Made by a program: the position numbers and the translations under genes
In this document: positions 32,993 to 42,393 of the stretch, piece by piece
Position numbering within the stretch: position 1 is the stretch's first letter
Layout: each line of letters opens with the position of its first letter
DNA from: Candidatus Micrarchaeota archaeon
Lineage (GTDB): Archaea > Micrarchaeota > Micrarchaeia > Anstonellales > Anstonellaceae
Direction: 5' to 3'
NCBI GenBank assembly: GCA_026413965.1
Contig: JAOAJY010000001.1
Location: 57,642-121,641 of the forward strand
Length of the DNA: 64,000 bases
Notes under the pieces: model-generated
What the model saw: the letters and a program-made list of their open reading frames with translations, nothing else
Told to the model about the DNA's origin: nothing
Databases searched by the model: none

Positions 32993-34279
32993 CTACCTCC
33001 CTCTGCCGAAATAGTGGTGCCCGCGCGAAGGAACTTCCTTTTGGGAATGCTGCCTTGCATGCATCTGCTTTTGCGGCGCTTTGTGGCGCGCGCTTTTCCT
33101 GAAATCAGCCCCAGCCTTTGCCGATGCAGAAAAGCTTTTCCTTCTTGGAATAAGCTCCTGCTTTATTTCCACCCTCAAAGGCTCTATTTTGCAGCCAGCC
33201 AAATTCTCCACCATTTTGACCAGATGAGTTTGGTCAAAGAAAACCAGGCTTATCGCCTCTCCGTTTTTCCCCATCCTTCCGGTCCTGCCAATCCGATGAA
33301 GATAGACATAAGGGTCGTCGGTCATGTCATAATTGAAAACGTGAGTCACCCCCGTTATGTCCAGCCCCCTGCTTGCAAGGTCGGTCGCCACCAGGATATT
33401 CACGTGGCTTTTGCGGAAAGCCTCCATGGACCGGTCGCGCTTGTTTTGGCTCATGTCTCCATGAAGCGCCATGGAGCTGAAACCCCTGTCCTGCAGTATT
33501 TGGTTGAGCCGCTCTGCTCCTCTTTTTGTCCGCACGAAAACAAGCGCCAATTTCGGCTTTTTTTGGGAAAGCAGCACAAGAAATGCGTTTAGCTTGTCGA
33601 ATTTGGAGACCTCAACGTAGTGCTGCTTTATGGACTTGACTGAAAGAGAGTCCTCGCTGACCAAAACCTCCTGCGGGGAATTCATGTATTTTTTTCCAAG
33701 AGCAAGGATTTCTGCTGGCATGGTTGCCGAAAAAAGAAGAGTCTGCCGGCTTTTGGGGGTCTTTTGCAGAATTTTCTCTATGTCGTCTATGAACCCCATG
33801 TCCAGCATCCTGTCTGCCTCATCCAAGACAACTATCCTGATTTCCGAAAGGGAAAGCGTCCCCCTCTCCATATGGTCCAATATCCTTCCTGGCGTCCCCA
33901 CCACTATGTCCACGCCTTCATCAAGAAGCCTTATCTGCTTGTCTATCTCCTGCCCGCCATAAATTGCGGCTGTGCGGAAAGGAAGATGCGCCCCTATCTT
34001 CGAAATCTCATCGCTGATTTGGACCGCAAGCTCGCGGGTTGGCGCCAGGACAAGCGCGCGGGTTTTGCGCCCTCCGCTGCCTTCAGCAGCAAGCTTCTCC
34101 AAGATGGCAATCCCGAAAGTTGCGGTCTTCCCTGTCCCTGTCTGCGCCTGCCCTATCAAATCCTCCCCTTGCAAAAGCAAAGGCAGGGCTTTCTCCTGGA
34201 TGGGCGTTGGCTGGGAAAAGCCCATTTCCCCTATAGCCTTGATTATCTGTGGGCAGAGCCCAAAACGGCTGAAACTCAT
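32993..34279 (-). CDS. DEAD-box ATP-dependent RNA helicase
   Basis: It has the Q motif FSQPTPIQ, AQTGTGKT, PTRELA, VLDEADRML, SAT, ARGLD, and HRIGRTGR. The start was set at MSFSRFG. Confidence 0.9.
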   Translation of the reverse strand: MSFSRFGLCPQIIKAIGEMGFSQPTPIQEKALPLLLQGEDLIGQAQTGTGKTATFGIAILEKLAAEGSGGRKTRALVLAPTRELAVQISDEISKIGAHLPFRTAAIYGGQEIDKQIRLLDEGVDIVVGTPGRILDHMERGTLSLSEIRIVVLDEADRMLDMGFIDDIEKILQKTPKSRQTLLFSATMPAEILALGKKYMNSPQEVLVSEDSLSVKSIKQHYVEVSKFDKLNAFLVLLSQKKPKLALVFVRTKRGAERLNQILQDRGFSSMALHGDMSQNKRDRSMEAFRKSHVNILVATDLASRGLDITGVTHVFNYDMTDDPYVYLHRIGRTGRMGKNGEAISLVFFDQTHLVKMVENLAGCKIEPLRVEIKQELIPRRKSFSASAKAGADFRKSARHKAPQKQMHARQHSQKEVPSRGHHYFGRGR

Positions 34280-34417
34280 TCTTCCACTCCTTTTCCACTT
34301 TGGCTGTGCCAGAACGCAGCCCAAAGTTCCCCAGGGCTGCCCTCACAAAAATAGCCAAGCAGTGCGAAAAAATAATAGAGCAATATAATAAGGCTTTGCA
34401 AAAACAGGTATAAAAAC

Positions 34418-36049
34418 TTGATTGCAGTAGTGCATTCCCGTATGCGCCTCAAAGCAAGAAAATACATTGTGGTTTTAGGCTCGCTCATGTCTGGCTTGGG
34501 CAAAGGCATCCTGGCTGCCTCTGTCGCGAAGCTTCTCCAGTCAAGAGGGCTGAAAATCTCGCCTATAAAATTTGACGGCTATTTGAATGTGGATTGCGGA
34601 ACCATGAATCCTTTCAGGCATGGCGAGGTTTTTGTGCTTGATGACGGAACAGAGTGCGACATGGATTTCGGGACTTACGAGAGATTTTTGAATGTGGACC
34701 TTTCCTCAAAAAACAGCATAACCGGAGGGAAGCTTTTCCGCAACATAATAGACAAGGAGAGGAAAGGCGGGTTTCTTGGAAGAGACGTCCAGATTGTCCC
34801 GCACTTGACTGATGAGATAAAGAACTGGATACGCAAGACTGGCGAGGAGCAGGATGCTGATGTTGTTATTGTGGAGGTCGGCGGGACCGTCGGCGACCTT
34901 GAGAATGGCTATTTCCTTGAGGCAGTCAGGCAGCTTGCCTCGGAGGAGAAGGTGGTCTTCATACAGCTGACTTTTGTCCCGTCGCTTTCAGAAGGCGAGC
35001 TTAAAACCAAGCCCACCCAGCACGCCAATCGCCTCATACAATCCATGGGGATACACCCTGATTTCATAGTTTGCCGCGGCAATGAGCCTCTCAGCAGGGA
35101 AGCGCGGGACAAGATTTCAATGTTCTGCAACGTGCCTCCGCAGAATGTCCTTGACGACCCTGCGCTTGAGTCCATATATGAGCTTCCGCAGGTTCTTGAG
35201 AAGCAGGGGATGACTGGGCTTCTTCTTTCTGCCCTTGGGGCAGAGGCAGGAGAGGAGGATTTGAAGGATTGGAAAGCCCTTGTGGAGAGGATAAAGAACC
35301 CGAAAAAAGAGATTGCGGTTGCGATAACCGGCAAATACACCGCTGTCAAGGACGCCTATGTCAGCGTGAAGGAGGCTTTGGTGCATGCTGGCGCGCAGCA
35401 TTCGGCAAAGGTCAATGTGCGGTGGGTTGAGACCTCTGGAATTGAGGACGGGCAGGCAAGCGCAAAGGAGCTTCTTTCAGGCTGCGACGGGATAATTGTC
35501 CCAGGAGGATTTGGAAGCCGAGGAACTGAGGGCAAGATTGCCTGCATAAAATACGCCCGAGAAAGCAAGATGCCCTATCTTGGGCTTTGCTACGGAATGC
35601 AGATGGCGGTGGTGGAGTGGGCAAGAAACGTGTGCGGAATGGATGGAGCCAACTCCACTGAGATAAACCCTGACACCAAATACCCTGTGATTGATTTTCT
35701 GCCCGAGCAAAGAGGCATAAAGGAGAAGGGAGCCACCATGAGGCTTGGGGCATGGGAGTGCAGGCTGAAAAAAGGGACTAAAGCCTACGAAGCTTATGGG
35801 ACTGAAAAGATTTCGGAGAGGCACCGCCACCGATACGAGCTCAACAACGCTTACAGGCAGAAGCTTGAGGAAAGCGGGCTGGTTATATCCGGAACCTCTC
35901 CTGATGGGGAGATTGTTGAGATAATTGAATGGCCAGACGGCTTTGGCATAGGGACGCAAGCCCATCCTGAGCTCAAAAGCAGGCTGGAGAGGCCGGCGCC
36001 TCTTTTTGCGGCATTTGTGAAAGCCTGCCTTGAGAAGAAAAAGGGCTAG
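34418..36049 (+). CDS. pyrG: CTP synthase PyrG
   Basis: It has SGLGKGI, GTVGDLE, and a glutaminase domain with GLCYGMQ and HRHRYE. The track start is TTG; an ATG at 34442 is an alternative. Confidence 0.95.
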   Translation: MIAVVHSRMRLKARKYIVVLGSLMSGLGKGILAASVAKLLQSRGLKISPIKFDGYLNVDCGTMNPFRHGEVFVLDDGTECDMDFGTYERFLNVDLSSKNSITGGKLFRNIIDKERKGGFLGRDVQIVPHLTDEIKNWIRKTGEEQDADVVIVEVGGTVGDLENGYFLEAVRQLASEEKVVFIQLTFVPSLSEGELKTKPTQHANRLIQSMGIHPDFIVCRGNEPLSREARDKISMFCNVPPQNVLDDPALESIYELPQVLEKQGMTGLLLSALGAEAGEEDLKDWKALVERIKNPKKEIAVAITGKYTAVKDAYVSVKEALVHAGAQHSAKVNVRWVETSGIEDGQASAKELLSGCDGIIVPGGFGSRGTEGKIACIKYARESKMPYLGLCYGMQMAVVEWARNVCGMDGANSTEINPDTKYPVIDFLPEQRGIKEKGATMRLGAWECRLKKGTKAYEAYGTEKISERHRHRYELNNAYRQKLEESGLVISGTSPDGEIVEIIEWPDGFGIGTQAHPELKSRLERPAPLFAAFVKACLEKKKG

Positions 36050-36942
36050 CTGGACTTCAGCTCAAACGGAGCCGACACCAGCCTTGCAGATATGTTGCCT
36101 GCTGAAAGATAAAGCAAAACCCTCTTTTGCTTGTCAACAAATATTTTGGCATAGCTTCCTTCGGACTGGTGCTCCACCTCAAACGCCTCCCGCCCATAAA
36201 GGAGGCTGCTGCCTTTTGAAGCAAAGCTTTGCCTGAAGCTGTACTCCGCCGGATTTTTCATCCTTGTCTCAACCGACCAGCTGAAGCCTTCAGAGGCTGC
36301 AAGCATCCATGGGGAGAAAAGCAGCATCCCTGCCCCTGCGCTAAGGTTTGAGAAATTGGAGGCTGCAGACGTGCCATCCCAAAGAAGGCAGGCTTCCTGC
36401 AAAAGGTTTTGCCCCATCCACTCTGAAACTGCCGCTCCATCGCAATCGGCAGAGCGGCTGATTTTGTAGGAGATGGAGGCTGGCTCCTGCCCGAAAGACA
36501 CAAGGTACTCGTATCTTTCCCCTGGAAAAAGAGAAAGCTGGGCGTTTTTTTGGAGAGGCTCCTCTGCGACCTCAACCTCAATTGAGCTGTAGATTGGCGG
36601 GGAGAAGAAAAAAACCCATGCCATGAACGCTAAGTACGCAGCCAAGACAGCATAGGCGATAGCAGAGGTTTGCCTGTCAAGGAAGGGCAGGAGGGGAAGA
36701 TTGCCGTAGGCTATCCGCAAGGTTTTGGCGGCAGCCTGCGCAAAACTCTCCTTTGCATGCTCTTTTTCTTTTTTGCGCCAATCCTTTTTCTCCTCCTTAG
36801 CAAGCGCCTGCCATTCTGGCTTGCTTGCCTCCTTCCACATAAGATAAACAAGGAACGCAAGCAAAGCGCAGGCTGCGGCAGAAAGAAGCACAATGTCCAT
36901 GAGGGGAATGCTACTTGAAATATTAAATATGATTCGCCCCAA
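36046..36942 (-). CDS. Hypothetical membrane protein (two N-terminal TM helices plus an extracytoplasmic domain)
   Basis: The 298-aa ORF has no recognised family. Confidence 0.5.
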   Translation of the reverse strand: MGRIIFNISSSIPLMDIVLLSAAACALLAFLVYLMWKEASKPEWQALAKEEKKDWRKKEKEHAKESFAQAAAKTLRIAYGNLPLLPFLDRQTSAIAYAVLAAYLAFMAWVFFFSPPIYSSIEVEVAEEPLQKNAQLSLFPGERYEYLVSFGQEPASISYKISRSADCDGAAVSEWMGQNLLQEACLLWDGTSAASNFSNLSAGAGMLLFSPWMLAASEGFSWSVETRMKNPAEYSFRQSFASKGSSLLYGREAFEVEHQSEGSYAKIFVDKQKRVLLYLSAGNISARLVSAPFELKSS

Positions 36943-36950
36943 GCTTATGC

Positions 36951-37949
36951 ATGAAGTTTTCCTGCTCTGCCCCTTGCAAAGCCATACTATTTGGGGAGCA
37001 TTATGTTGTTTATGGAGCCCCTGCGCTCTCCATCCCGATAGAGCCCAGGAACAAGGTGCATTTTTTCCGCGGCGAAGGCAGCGGGCTTTTGCTGGAATCC
37101 TCGCTTGGCGCAGCCCGCATGTCAGGCAGAAGGTTTGCTGGGGAGCCTGCCCTCAAGATATACCAAAAAGCCGCGCTTGCGATTGTCGGGAAAGGAAGCC
37201 TTCCTGATGCGAGGGCAAGGTTCCAGCCTGCATGGTCTGCCAAAGGAGTGGGAATCAGCGCCTCCCTTTGCGCAGCATTCGCGGCAGGCATCCTCAAGCT
37301 GAAAGGCAGGAAGGCTTCTCCAAACAGGATTTTCATGGCTGCCCAGCAAGGGGATTTGCTTGCCCATGGAGGCAGGGCATCTGGCATAGACGCAAAAACG
37401 GTTTCTTTCGGAAAGCCGCTGATTTTCCAAAGAAGCTTCCAGCCTCCAAAGTTTTCAGCAAAGCCCATGCGGCTTCTTCTGCCAAGAAGCAGCAGGCTTC
37501 TGCTGGTGGACACATGGAGAGGAAAAAGAAGCAGGACCGAAGAGATGCTCTTGGCTTTCGCAAGGCAATTTGGCGCATCTGGATTGCCTGAGGAGGTTGG
37601 GGAGGAAAAAAGGCAGGAGATTGTGGAGGAGTATTTGCCTGTTTGGAAAAAGGCGCGCGCCGGCTTGCAGAAAGCAGATGCCAGAGAGATTGGAAGGCTG
37701 ATGAGCGAAAACCAAGACCTGCTCAGAAAAAGGAAAGTCTCAAGCAGAGGCATAGACAAAGCGGTGGAGTCTGCCCTTTCGCTTGGGGCTTATGGAGCAA
37801 AGCTGACCGGCGGAGGAGGGGAAGGAGGGGCGGTGCTGGTCCTATGCAAGCGAAAAGATGAGAAGATGGTTGCCAGGGGCATTTTCCAGCAGACAGGCTT
37901 CCCTTGCCGCCCAATTGAGGTTGCTGAAAGAGGCGCAGGGTTGGACTAG
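36951..37949 (+). CDS. mvk: Mevalonate kinase
   Basis: It has CKAILFGEHYVVYGAPALS, the GHMP motif KGVGISASLCAAF, and KLTGGGGEGGAV. Confidence 0.85.
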   Translation: MKFSCSAPCKAILFGEHYVVYGAPALSIPIEPRNKVHFFRGEGSGLLLESSLGAARMSGRRFAGEPALKIYQKAALAIVGKGSLPDARARFQPAWSAKGVGISASLCAAFAAGILKLKGRKASPNRIFMAAQQGDLLAHGGRASGIDAKTVSFGKPLIFQRSFQPPKFSAKPMRLLLPRSSRLLLVDTWRGKRSRTEEMLLAFARQFGASGLPEEVGEEKRQEIVEEYLPVWKKARAGLQKADAREIGRLMSENQDLLRKRKVSSRGIDKAVESALSLGAYGAKLTGGGGEGGAVLVLCKRKDEKMVARGIFQQTGFPCRPIEVAERGAGLD

Positions 37950-38746
37950 CCTTTGCCAAGCTGGCTGAGGAATTCTTCTTCCATGAAGTGCAGCCCGGCT
38001 GGCACGATTATTGCCGCTGGGGGGTCCTTGCCAGATGGAGGCAGGCTGAGCATTTGGCTCAAGGGCAGCCAAGAGACTTTCTGGCAGCTCCAGCCAAGCC
38101 CTTGCAGAAGAACCACCTTGGTCTGCCCTGAGAAAATGCCTTTTTTTCCTGCGGATTCCATATCAAGCATGGTCTTCGCGGCCGTCTGCGGCCTCATGGG
38201 CCCAAGCTGCTCATCAATGTCCAAAAGCAGAAGGCTGTGCAGCCTGCGGGCAAGGTTTTCCGCCACTGCCTCATATGCTGCCATGGGCTTGTAGTTCTCC
38301 CTCCAATAAGCAAGAGTGGAGGTCTTGCCGAATTTGTAAGTCTGCAAGCCGGACTCGCCAATCGCAGCAGAAAGGATTGACGAGGAATGCACCACCCTTG
38401 CGCGCACGCCCCGCTTTCTTGCCGAAACCACAAGCGAAACATGGGTGGTTGCGATAAGCGGGTCTCCTGGCACCAGCAAGGCGGCAGAGCCTTTTTCAGC
38501 CGCATCAAGCAGGGTTTTTTCGCCCTCCACATCCATGCGGGAAAGGAGAGCTATCTTCTTGCCGCAAAGCCTTTCCAGCTCTTCCAAAAACCCATCCGGG
38601 ACAAGATTGGTGTATTGCTCGGCAAAAAGGAAAGAGCAGGATTTTGCCGCCTCCAGCCCCTCCAAAGTCATTCCCTTTGCGCCGCATATTCCTGTGCCAA
38701 TAAGCAAAAGCTCCCCCACAAAAACACCTAATCTATAGCGCAGCAA
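37946..38746 (-). CDS. dphB: Diphthine synthase
   Basis: It has LLLIGTGI, LVPGDPLIATTH, and GLQTYKFGKT. The exact start is uncertain. Confidence 0.85.
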   Translation of the reverse strand: MLRYRLGVFVGELLLIGTGICGAKGMTLEGLEAAKSCSFLFAEQYTNLVPDGFLEELERLCGKKIALLSRMDVEGEKTLLDAAEKGSAALLVPGDPLIATTHVSLVVSARKRGVRARVVHSSSILSAAIGESGLQTYKFGKTSTLAYWRENYKPMAAYEAVAENLARRLHSLLLLDIDEQLGPMRPQTAAKTMLDMESAGKKGIFSGQTKVVLLQGLGWSCQKVSWLPLSQMLSLPPSGKDPPAAIIVPAGLHFMEEEFLSQLGKG

Positions 38747-38777
38747 CTTCTTTTAAATTGGCAAGAGAAGGAATTGC

Positions 38778-39941
38778 ATGAAGCTTTGCCAGGAGTGCAG
38801 GAAAGCTGGGAGAGTGTGGTGCCCCCATAGCGCAGCTTATGAGATGAAGGCCCGCCTTTCAGCAAGCTTGAAGCAGGAAATGTTCGGCCCAACTCCGCCC
38901 GGCTTTTTTGTTGGGCACAGCTTTTACCCGAAGGTTTTTTTCGGGCCCATGATTTCCGCCACAGGCGAGCCGGTCGCAGACGACCCCAAGCAGCTTTATG
39001 GAATGAGCATCCCTCAGATAATGCAAAGCCGCCTTGCGCTTGTGCGCGGCATGGCAAGAGGAGAGGTTGGCGCAAGGGGGAGGCTGCTTTCGGAATCCCA
39101 GCTGGCAGTGATGAGCATAAAGCCTGTGGATGCTGAGGCCAAATTCTCAAGGCAGCCTTTCTTCAAGCTGGAATTTGACGAAATCGCCCAGCCGGTTGGC
39201 GTGTCTGCCCCTATTGAGAAATTCCTGCTTGCTGAAAACCCGCCAGTCCCGAAAAAAGTGGATTCTGCGGTTTCAGAGGGCATGGAGGCTGAGGAGGCAA
39301 TAGGGGAGCTTCTGGCTTCAGGCTTTGATGTGCATTACCTGTCAAGGCTTCTTGCTGCTGGGCTTTTGGGCAAGCCTGAGCAGCGGAAAATGGTGCCGAC
39401 CAAATGGGCAATAACTGCCACAGACGACATTGCCGCAAAGAGGCTGATTGGGCATATCAAGGATTTCCGGCAAATAGAAGCCCCTCTGCTTTACTCCAAC
39501 ATCTACCTTGACAACCGCTTTGAGATACTGCTTCTTCCAGGAAGCTGGGAGTATGAGCAGTTTGAGGCATATCTCAAATCGCCTGGCAAAATATCAGAGG
39601 AGCATGAGCCTTTTGGCGGAAGGAAGAAATACGCTGAAAGCCAGGGGGGAGGATACTATGCCGCAAGATTTGCTGTCGCAGAGGGCTTGTGGAAGATGGG
39701 CAGGCAGGCAAAAGCAGTGGTTTTCAGGGAAATAGGGGAAAAATACGATGTGCCTGTGGGCGTGTGGGAAGTCAGAGAAAATGTGAGGCATGCTTTTTCG
39801 CAACCGCCTGAGAAATTCAGCTCCCTCAAAGAAGCGCTGGCAAGGCTTTCTGCAAAGCTCGCCTTGCCCATCAGCAATTACCTGAAAAAAAGCAGGGTGC
39901 TTTTGCAAAGAAGGCTGGATGAAAGCTGGGACAGATTTTAA
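38778..39941 (+). CDS. Nre-family protein (DUF650/DUF651, archaeal DNA repair associated)
   Basis: It has an N-terminal Cys/His cluster CQECRKAGRVWCPH followed by FGPTPPGFFVGHSFYPKVFFGP. The family assignment is from recollection. Confidence 0.65.
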   Translation: MKLCQECRKAGRVWCPHSAAYEMKARLSASLKQEMFGPTPPGFFVGHSFYPKVFFGPMISATGEPVADDPKQLYGMSIPQIMQSRLALVRGMARGEVGARGRLLSESQLAVMSIKPVDAEAKFSRQPFFKLEFDEIAQPVGVSAPIEKFLLAENPPVPKKVDSAVSEGMEAEEAIGELLASGFDVHYLSRLLAAGLLGKPEQRKMVPTKWAITATDDIAAKRLIGHIKDFRQIEAPLLYSNIYLDNRFEILLLPGSWEYEQFEAYLKSPGKISEEHEPFGGRKKYAESQGGGYYAARFAVAEGLWKMGRQAKAVVFREIGEKYDVPVGVWEVRENVRHAFSQPPEKFSSLKEALARLSAKLALPISNYLKKSRVLLQRRLDESWDRF

Positions 39942-39963
39942 ACTTTGCCAGCTAAGTGGAATC

Positions 39964-40191
39964 ATGGGGGCCGCTGGGGATTCGCTGGTGGATGAGATTG
40001 AGGCAGTGATAAAGGAAGCTGCAGGAAAGCAGGAAGTGGTGATGATAAGGCTGGCGGTTGGAGAGAAGATAAGCATCCCAAAAAGCGCGCTTGCGGCAGA
40101 GCTTCACCGGAGGTTCCCGAAAGCAAGCATAGAGATGGTGGATGGCAAAGAGGAAGGCTCAGTGGTTGTGAAAGACATTGAGGTAGAGTGA
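39964..40191 (+). CDS. Small hypothetical protein with a HypA-like N-terminal pattern and no zinc ribbon
   Basis: The 75-aa ORF reads DEIEAVIKEAAGKQEVVMIRLAVGEKISIPKSALAAELHRRF...VVVKDIEVE and has no cysteines. Confidence 0.35.
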   Translation: MGAAGDSLVDEIEAVIKEAAGKQEVVMIRLAVGEKISIPKSALAAELHRRFPKASIEMVDGKEEGSVVVKDIEVE

Positions 40192-40195
40192 AAGG

Positions 40196-40837
40196 ATGAT
40201 AATAGGGATTGATGAGGCAGGAAGAGGCTGCATAATAGGCCCCATGGTCGTCTGCGCTGCGGCAATCAACCCGCTGGACGAGTACCGGCTAAAGGAGCTG
40301 GGGGTGCGCGACTCCAAGAAGCTCACCCCGCGGCAGCGCGAGCGGATTTACGGCAAGATTTGCCGGCTTTGCAGGTACACCGCTGTCAAGGTTCATGCGG
40401 AGGAGATAAACGCCTTGATGGAAAAATGCAGCCTGAACGAGATAGAGGCGATGAAGGTTGCGCAAGCCATAGACAAGCTGGGGATTGGGGGAGCAACCGC
40501 TTATGTGGATTCTCCGGACAATGTGCCCTCAAAATTTGCGCAGAGGATAAGGAAATACCTGAAAACTCCGGTGGAGATAGTCTCCGCAAACAAGGCAGAC
40601 GACAAATACGTGATTGTGGGGGCTGCTTCAATAATAGCCAAAGTCACCCGAGACCGGGAAGTGGAGAAGATAAAGGAGATTGTGGGCTTTGACTTCAATT
40701 CTGGCTATACTTCAGATCCAATAACCCAAAGCTATATTAGCAAAAGGAGCCAGTACCCTCAGCTTGAGCCTTATCTTCGCAAAAAATGGTCAACCCTCAA
40801 AGCTGAAAAGCAGAAGAAATTGGTGGAATTTGAATAG
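40196..40837 (+). CDS. rnhB: Ribonuclease HII
   Basis: It has IIGIDEAGRGCIIGPMVV, DSKKLTP, and ASIIAKV. Confidence 0.95.
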   Translation: MIIGIDEAGRGCIIGPMVVCAAAINPLDEYRLKELGVRDSKKLTPRQRERIYGKICRLCRYTAVKVHAEEINALMEKCSLNEIEAMKVAQAIDKLGIGGATAYVDSPDNVPSKFAQRIRKYLKTPVEIVSANKADDKYVIVGAASIIAKVTRDREVEKIKEIVGFDFNSGYTSDPITQSYISKRSQYPQLEPYLRKKWSTLKAEKQKKLVEFE

Positions 40838-40845
40838 GCGATGGT

Positions 40846-41553
40846 ATGCAGGCATCATGCAGAGGACAGGGAGCAACGGAGTATTTGGTACTTCTTGCGA
40901 TTGTCTTGATAATAGCCATGGTTGCAGTTGCCCTCCTTGGATTTTTCCCAGGCATGGCAGGAGACGCCAAGCTTGCGCAAAGCAAGGCTTATTGGCAGTC
41001 TGCAAGCCCTATTGCGATAGTGGATGGCGCTGCTTCTAGATTCTATGGAGCGCACAGTCAGATACTTCTAACTTTGCAAAACAATGGCGCCACGCCGGTT
41101 GAGCTGGTGGCTGTTGGGCCTATAAGAAGCCCTTGGACATACACCATAACGCATAATGAGTATGGGCAGATAACTAAACAAGGAAAGTATGCGTTTTTCA
41201 GCCCTGGATGGTTCAGCACCGGCTATGGACCAGATTTGGAAGGCACGTGGAGAGGATATGTTGCGCCACCAGAAGGAAATGGTTGGGATTACTATCAAGA
41301 AAAGCTGGTCATTTCTCCCGGAGAGAAAATCACAATTGGATTTTATGCATCTGCGCACGACCCTTCGCTATCAGACTCCTATCCATACACCAATCCTTGC
41401 AGTTTTGGAGAAGAAGCGGTTTCAAAATACTACGAGTTCAAGCAATTCAACATATACTATGTCTCCTACGCTGAAAATGGAGAAAAGCTTTTGAAAAGGC
41501 AGGCTGGCTCAAAACCCCTCGTCTTATCATGCACTGAGGGCGAATTTTGGTAA
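40846..41553 (+). CDS. Archaeal type IV pilin-like protein (class III signal peptide)
   Basis: The N-terminus RGQGATEYLVLLAIVLIIAMVAVALLGF fits the prepilin QGA-(T/I)EYL pattern. Confidence 0.6.
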   Translation: MQASCRGQGATEYLVLLAIVLIIAMVAVALLGFFPGMAGDAKLAQSKAYWQSASPIAIVDGAASRFYGAHSQILLTLQNNGATPVELVAVGPIRSPWTYTITHNEYGQITKQGKYAFFSPGWFSTGYGPDLEGTWRGYVAPPEGNGWDYYQEKLVISPGEKITIGFYASAHDPSLSDSYPYTNPCSFGEEAVSKYYEFKQFNIYYVSYAENGEKLLKRQAGSKPLVLSCTEGEFW

Positions 41554-41554
41554 A

Positions 41555-41722
41555 TTAGCGAAGCACAACCAGGGGGATTATTCCTGCCTCAAGCTCGCGC
41601 TTTGCGACATCAATTGCGGACTCCCCAGGCTTGACCTCCAAAAGCGGGGGAGCGCCGTAAGACAGCTGCAGGGCGCGGGCGCCAATTATCCGCGCAATCT
41701 CAAATTTGCTCAAGGAAGCCAT
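41555..41722 (-). CDS. rpoK: DNA-directed RNA polymerase subunit K (Rpo6)
   Basis: My own translation gives MASLSKFEIARIIGARALQLSYGAPPLLEVKPGESAIDVAKRELEAGIIPLVVLR (55 aa). It falls below the ORF-track cutoff. Confidence 0.85.
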   Translation of the reverse strand: MASLSKFEIARIIGARALQLSYGAPPLLEVKPGESAIDVAKRELEAGIIPLVVLR

Positions 41723-41727
41723 ATGAC

Positions 41728-42354
41728 TCACCGCTTTTTCTTGAATTCTTGGTATTCCTCAAAAGCGCTTTTCTTTCTGATGTGGGGATTATTCTTAGAA
41801 AAACCCAGTTTGTCCATTTTGGAGGAAAGCGTTTTTAACTCTTGCAGGATGGCTTGCAGAAGCTCTGCCTCGCTTTTGCTTGGCTCAGAGGGCGCTTCGC
41901 CTTTTGCAAGCTGGACTTTTTGCATGATTTCAGCAATCAATGCGTCTTTGTTGGCAATTCCTGGGATGAATGTCTCGGAAGCTATGCGGGAGGAGCCTGC
42001 GGTCTCTATCTCAATTGTGGCAAGCCCCAAAAGCCGCTCCACCACCGTCCTTTCGCTGTTGATGTCCTGTATTGTAACATAGGGGATGACGGTTGTTTTC
42101 CTGGTCAGCACGCCTTCGCGTATGATTATGTCCGACTGGCGAAGCTCGTAGGTGAAATTGCGGTAAACAAGCTCCACCCAGAGATAAAGCGGAATGGCTG
42201 CAATGGCAGCAAGCAAAATTATCGCCAACGGCAAGTCGTTTTTGTGAAGCCCGGCTACTGAGAACTCTGCCGGCAGCGTCAATGACAAGGAGAGCCCGAG
42301 CAGAGCCAGAAAAAGCACGGCTATTGCGGTTGGCAGGAACCAAATCAGCTTCAC
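41728..42354 (-). CDS. Membrane protein with a bacterial PH domain (bPH_2/YdbT-like)
   Basis: It has two N-terminal TM helices, then YELRQSDIIIREGVLTRKTTVIPYVTIQDINSERTVVERLLGLATIEIETAG. Confidence 0.7.
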   Translation of the reverse strand: MKLIWFLPTAIAVLFLALLGLSLSLTLPAEFSVAGLHKNDLPLAIILLAAIAAIPLYLWVELVYRNFTYELRQSDIIIREGVLTRKTTVIPYVTIQDINSERTVVERLLGLATIEIETAGSSRIASETFIPGIANKDALIAEIMQKVQLAKGEAPSEPSKSEAELLQAILQELKTLSSKMDKLGFSKNNPHIRKKSAFEEYQEFKKKR

Positions 42355-42393
42355 CTTCGGGTCAAGATGCCTTGCTCCCTCCAGAAAATCACC

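Noticed and set aside
32678-33592. A 304-aa plus-strand ORF runs across mscL and the DEAD-box helicase.
   Set aside because: It is antisense to two genes with clear motifs, has no motifs of its own, and has the typical GC-rich shadow-frame composition.
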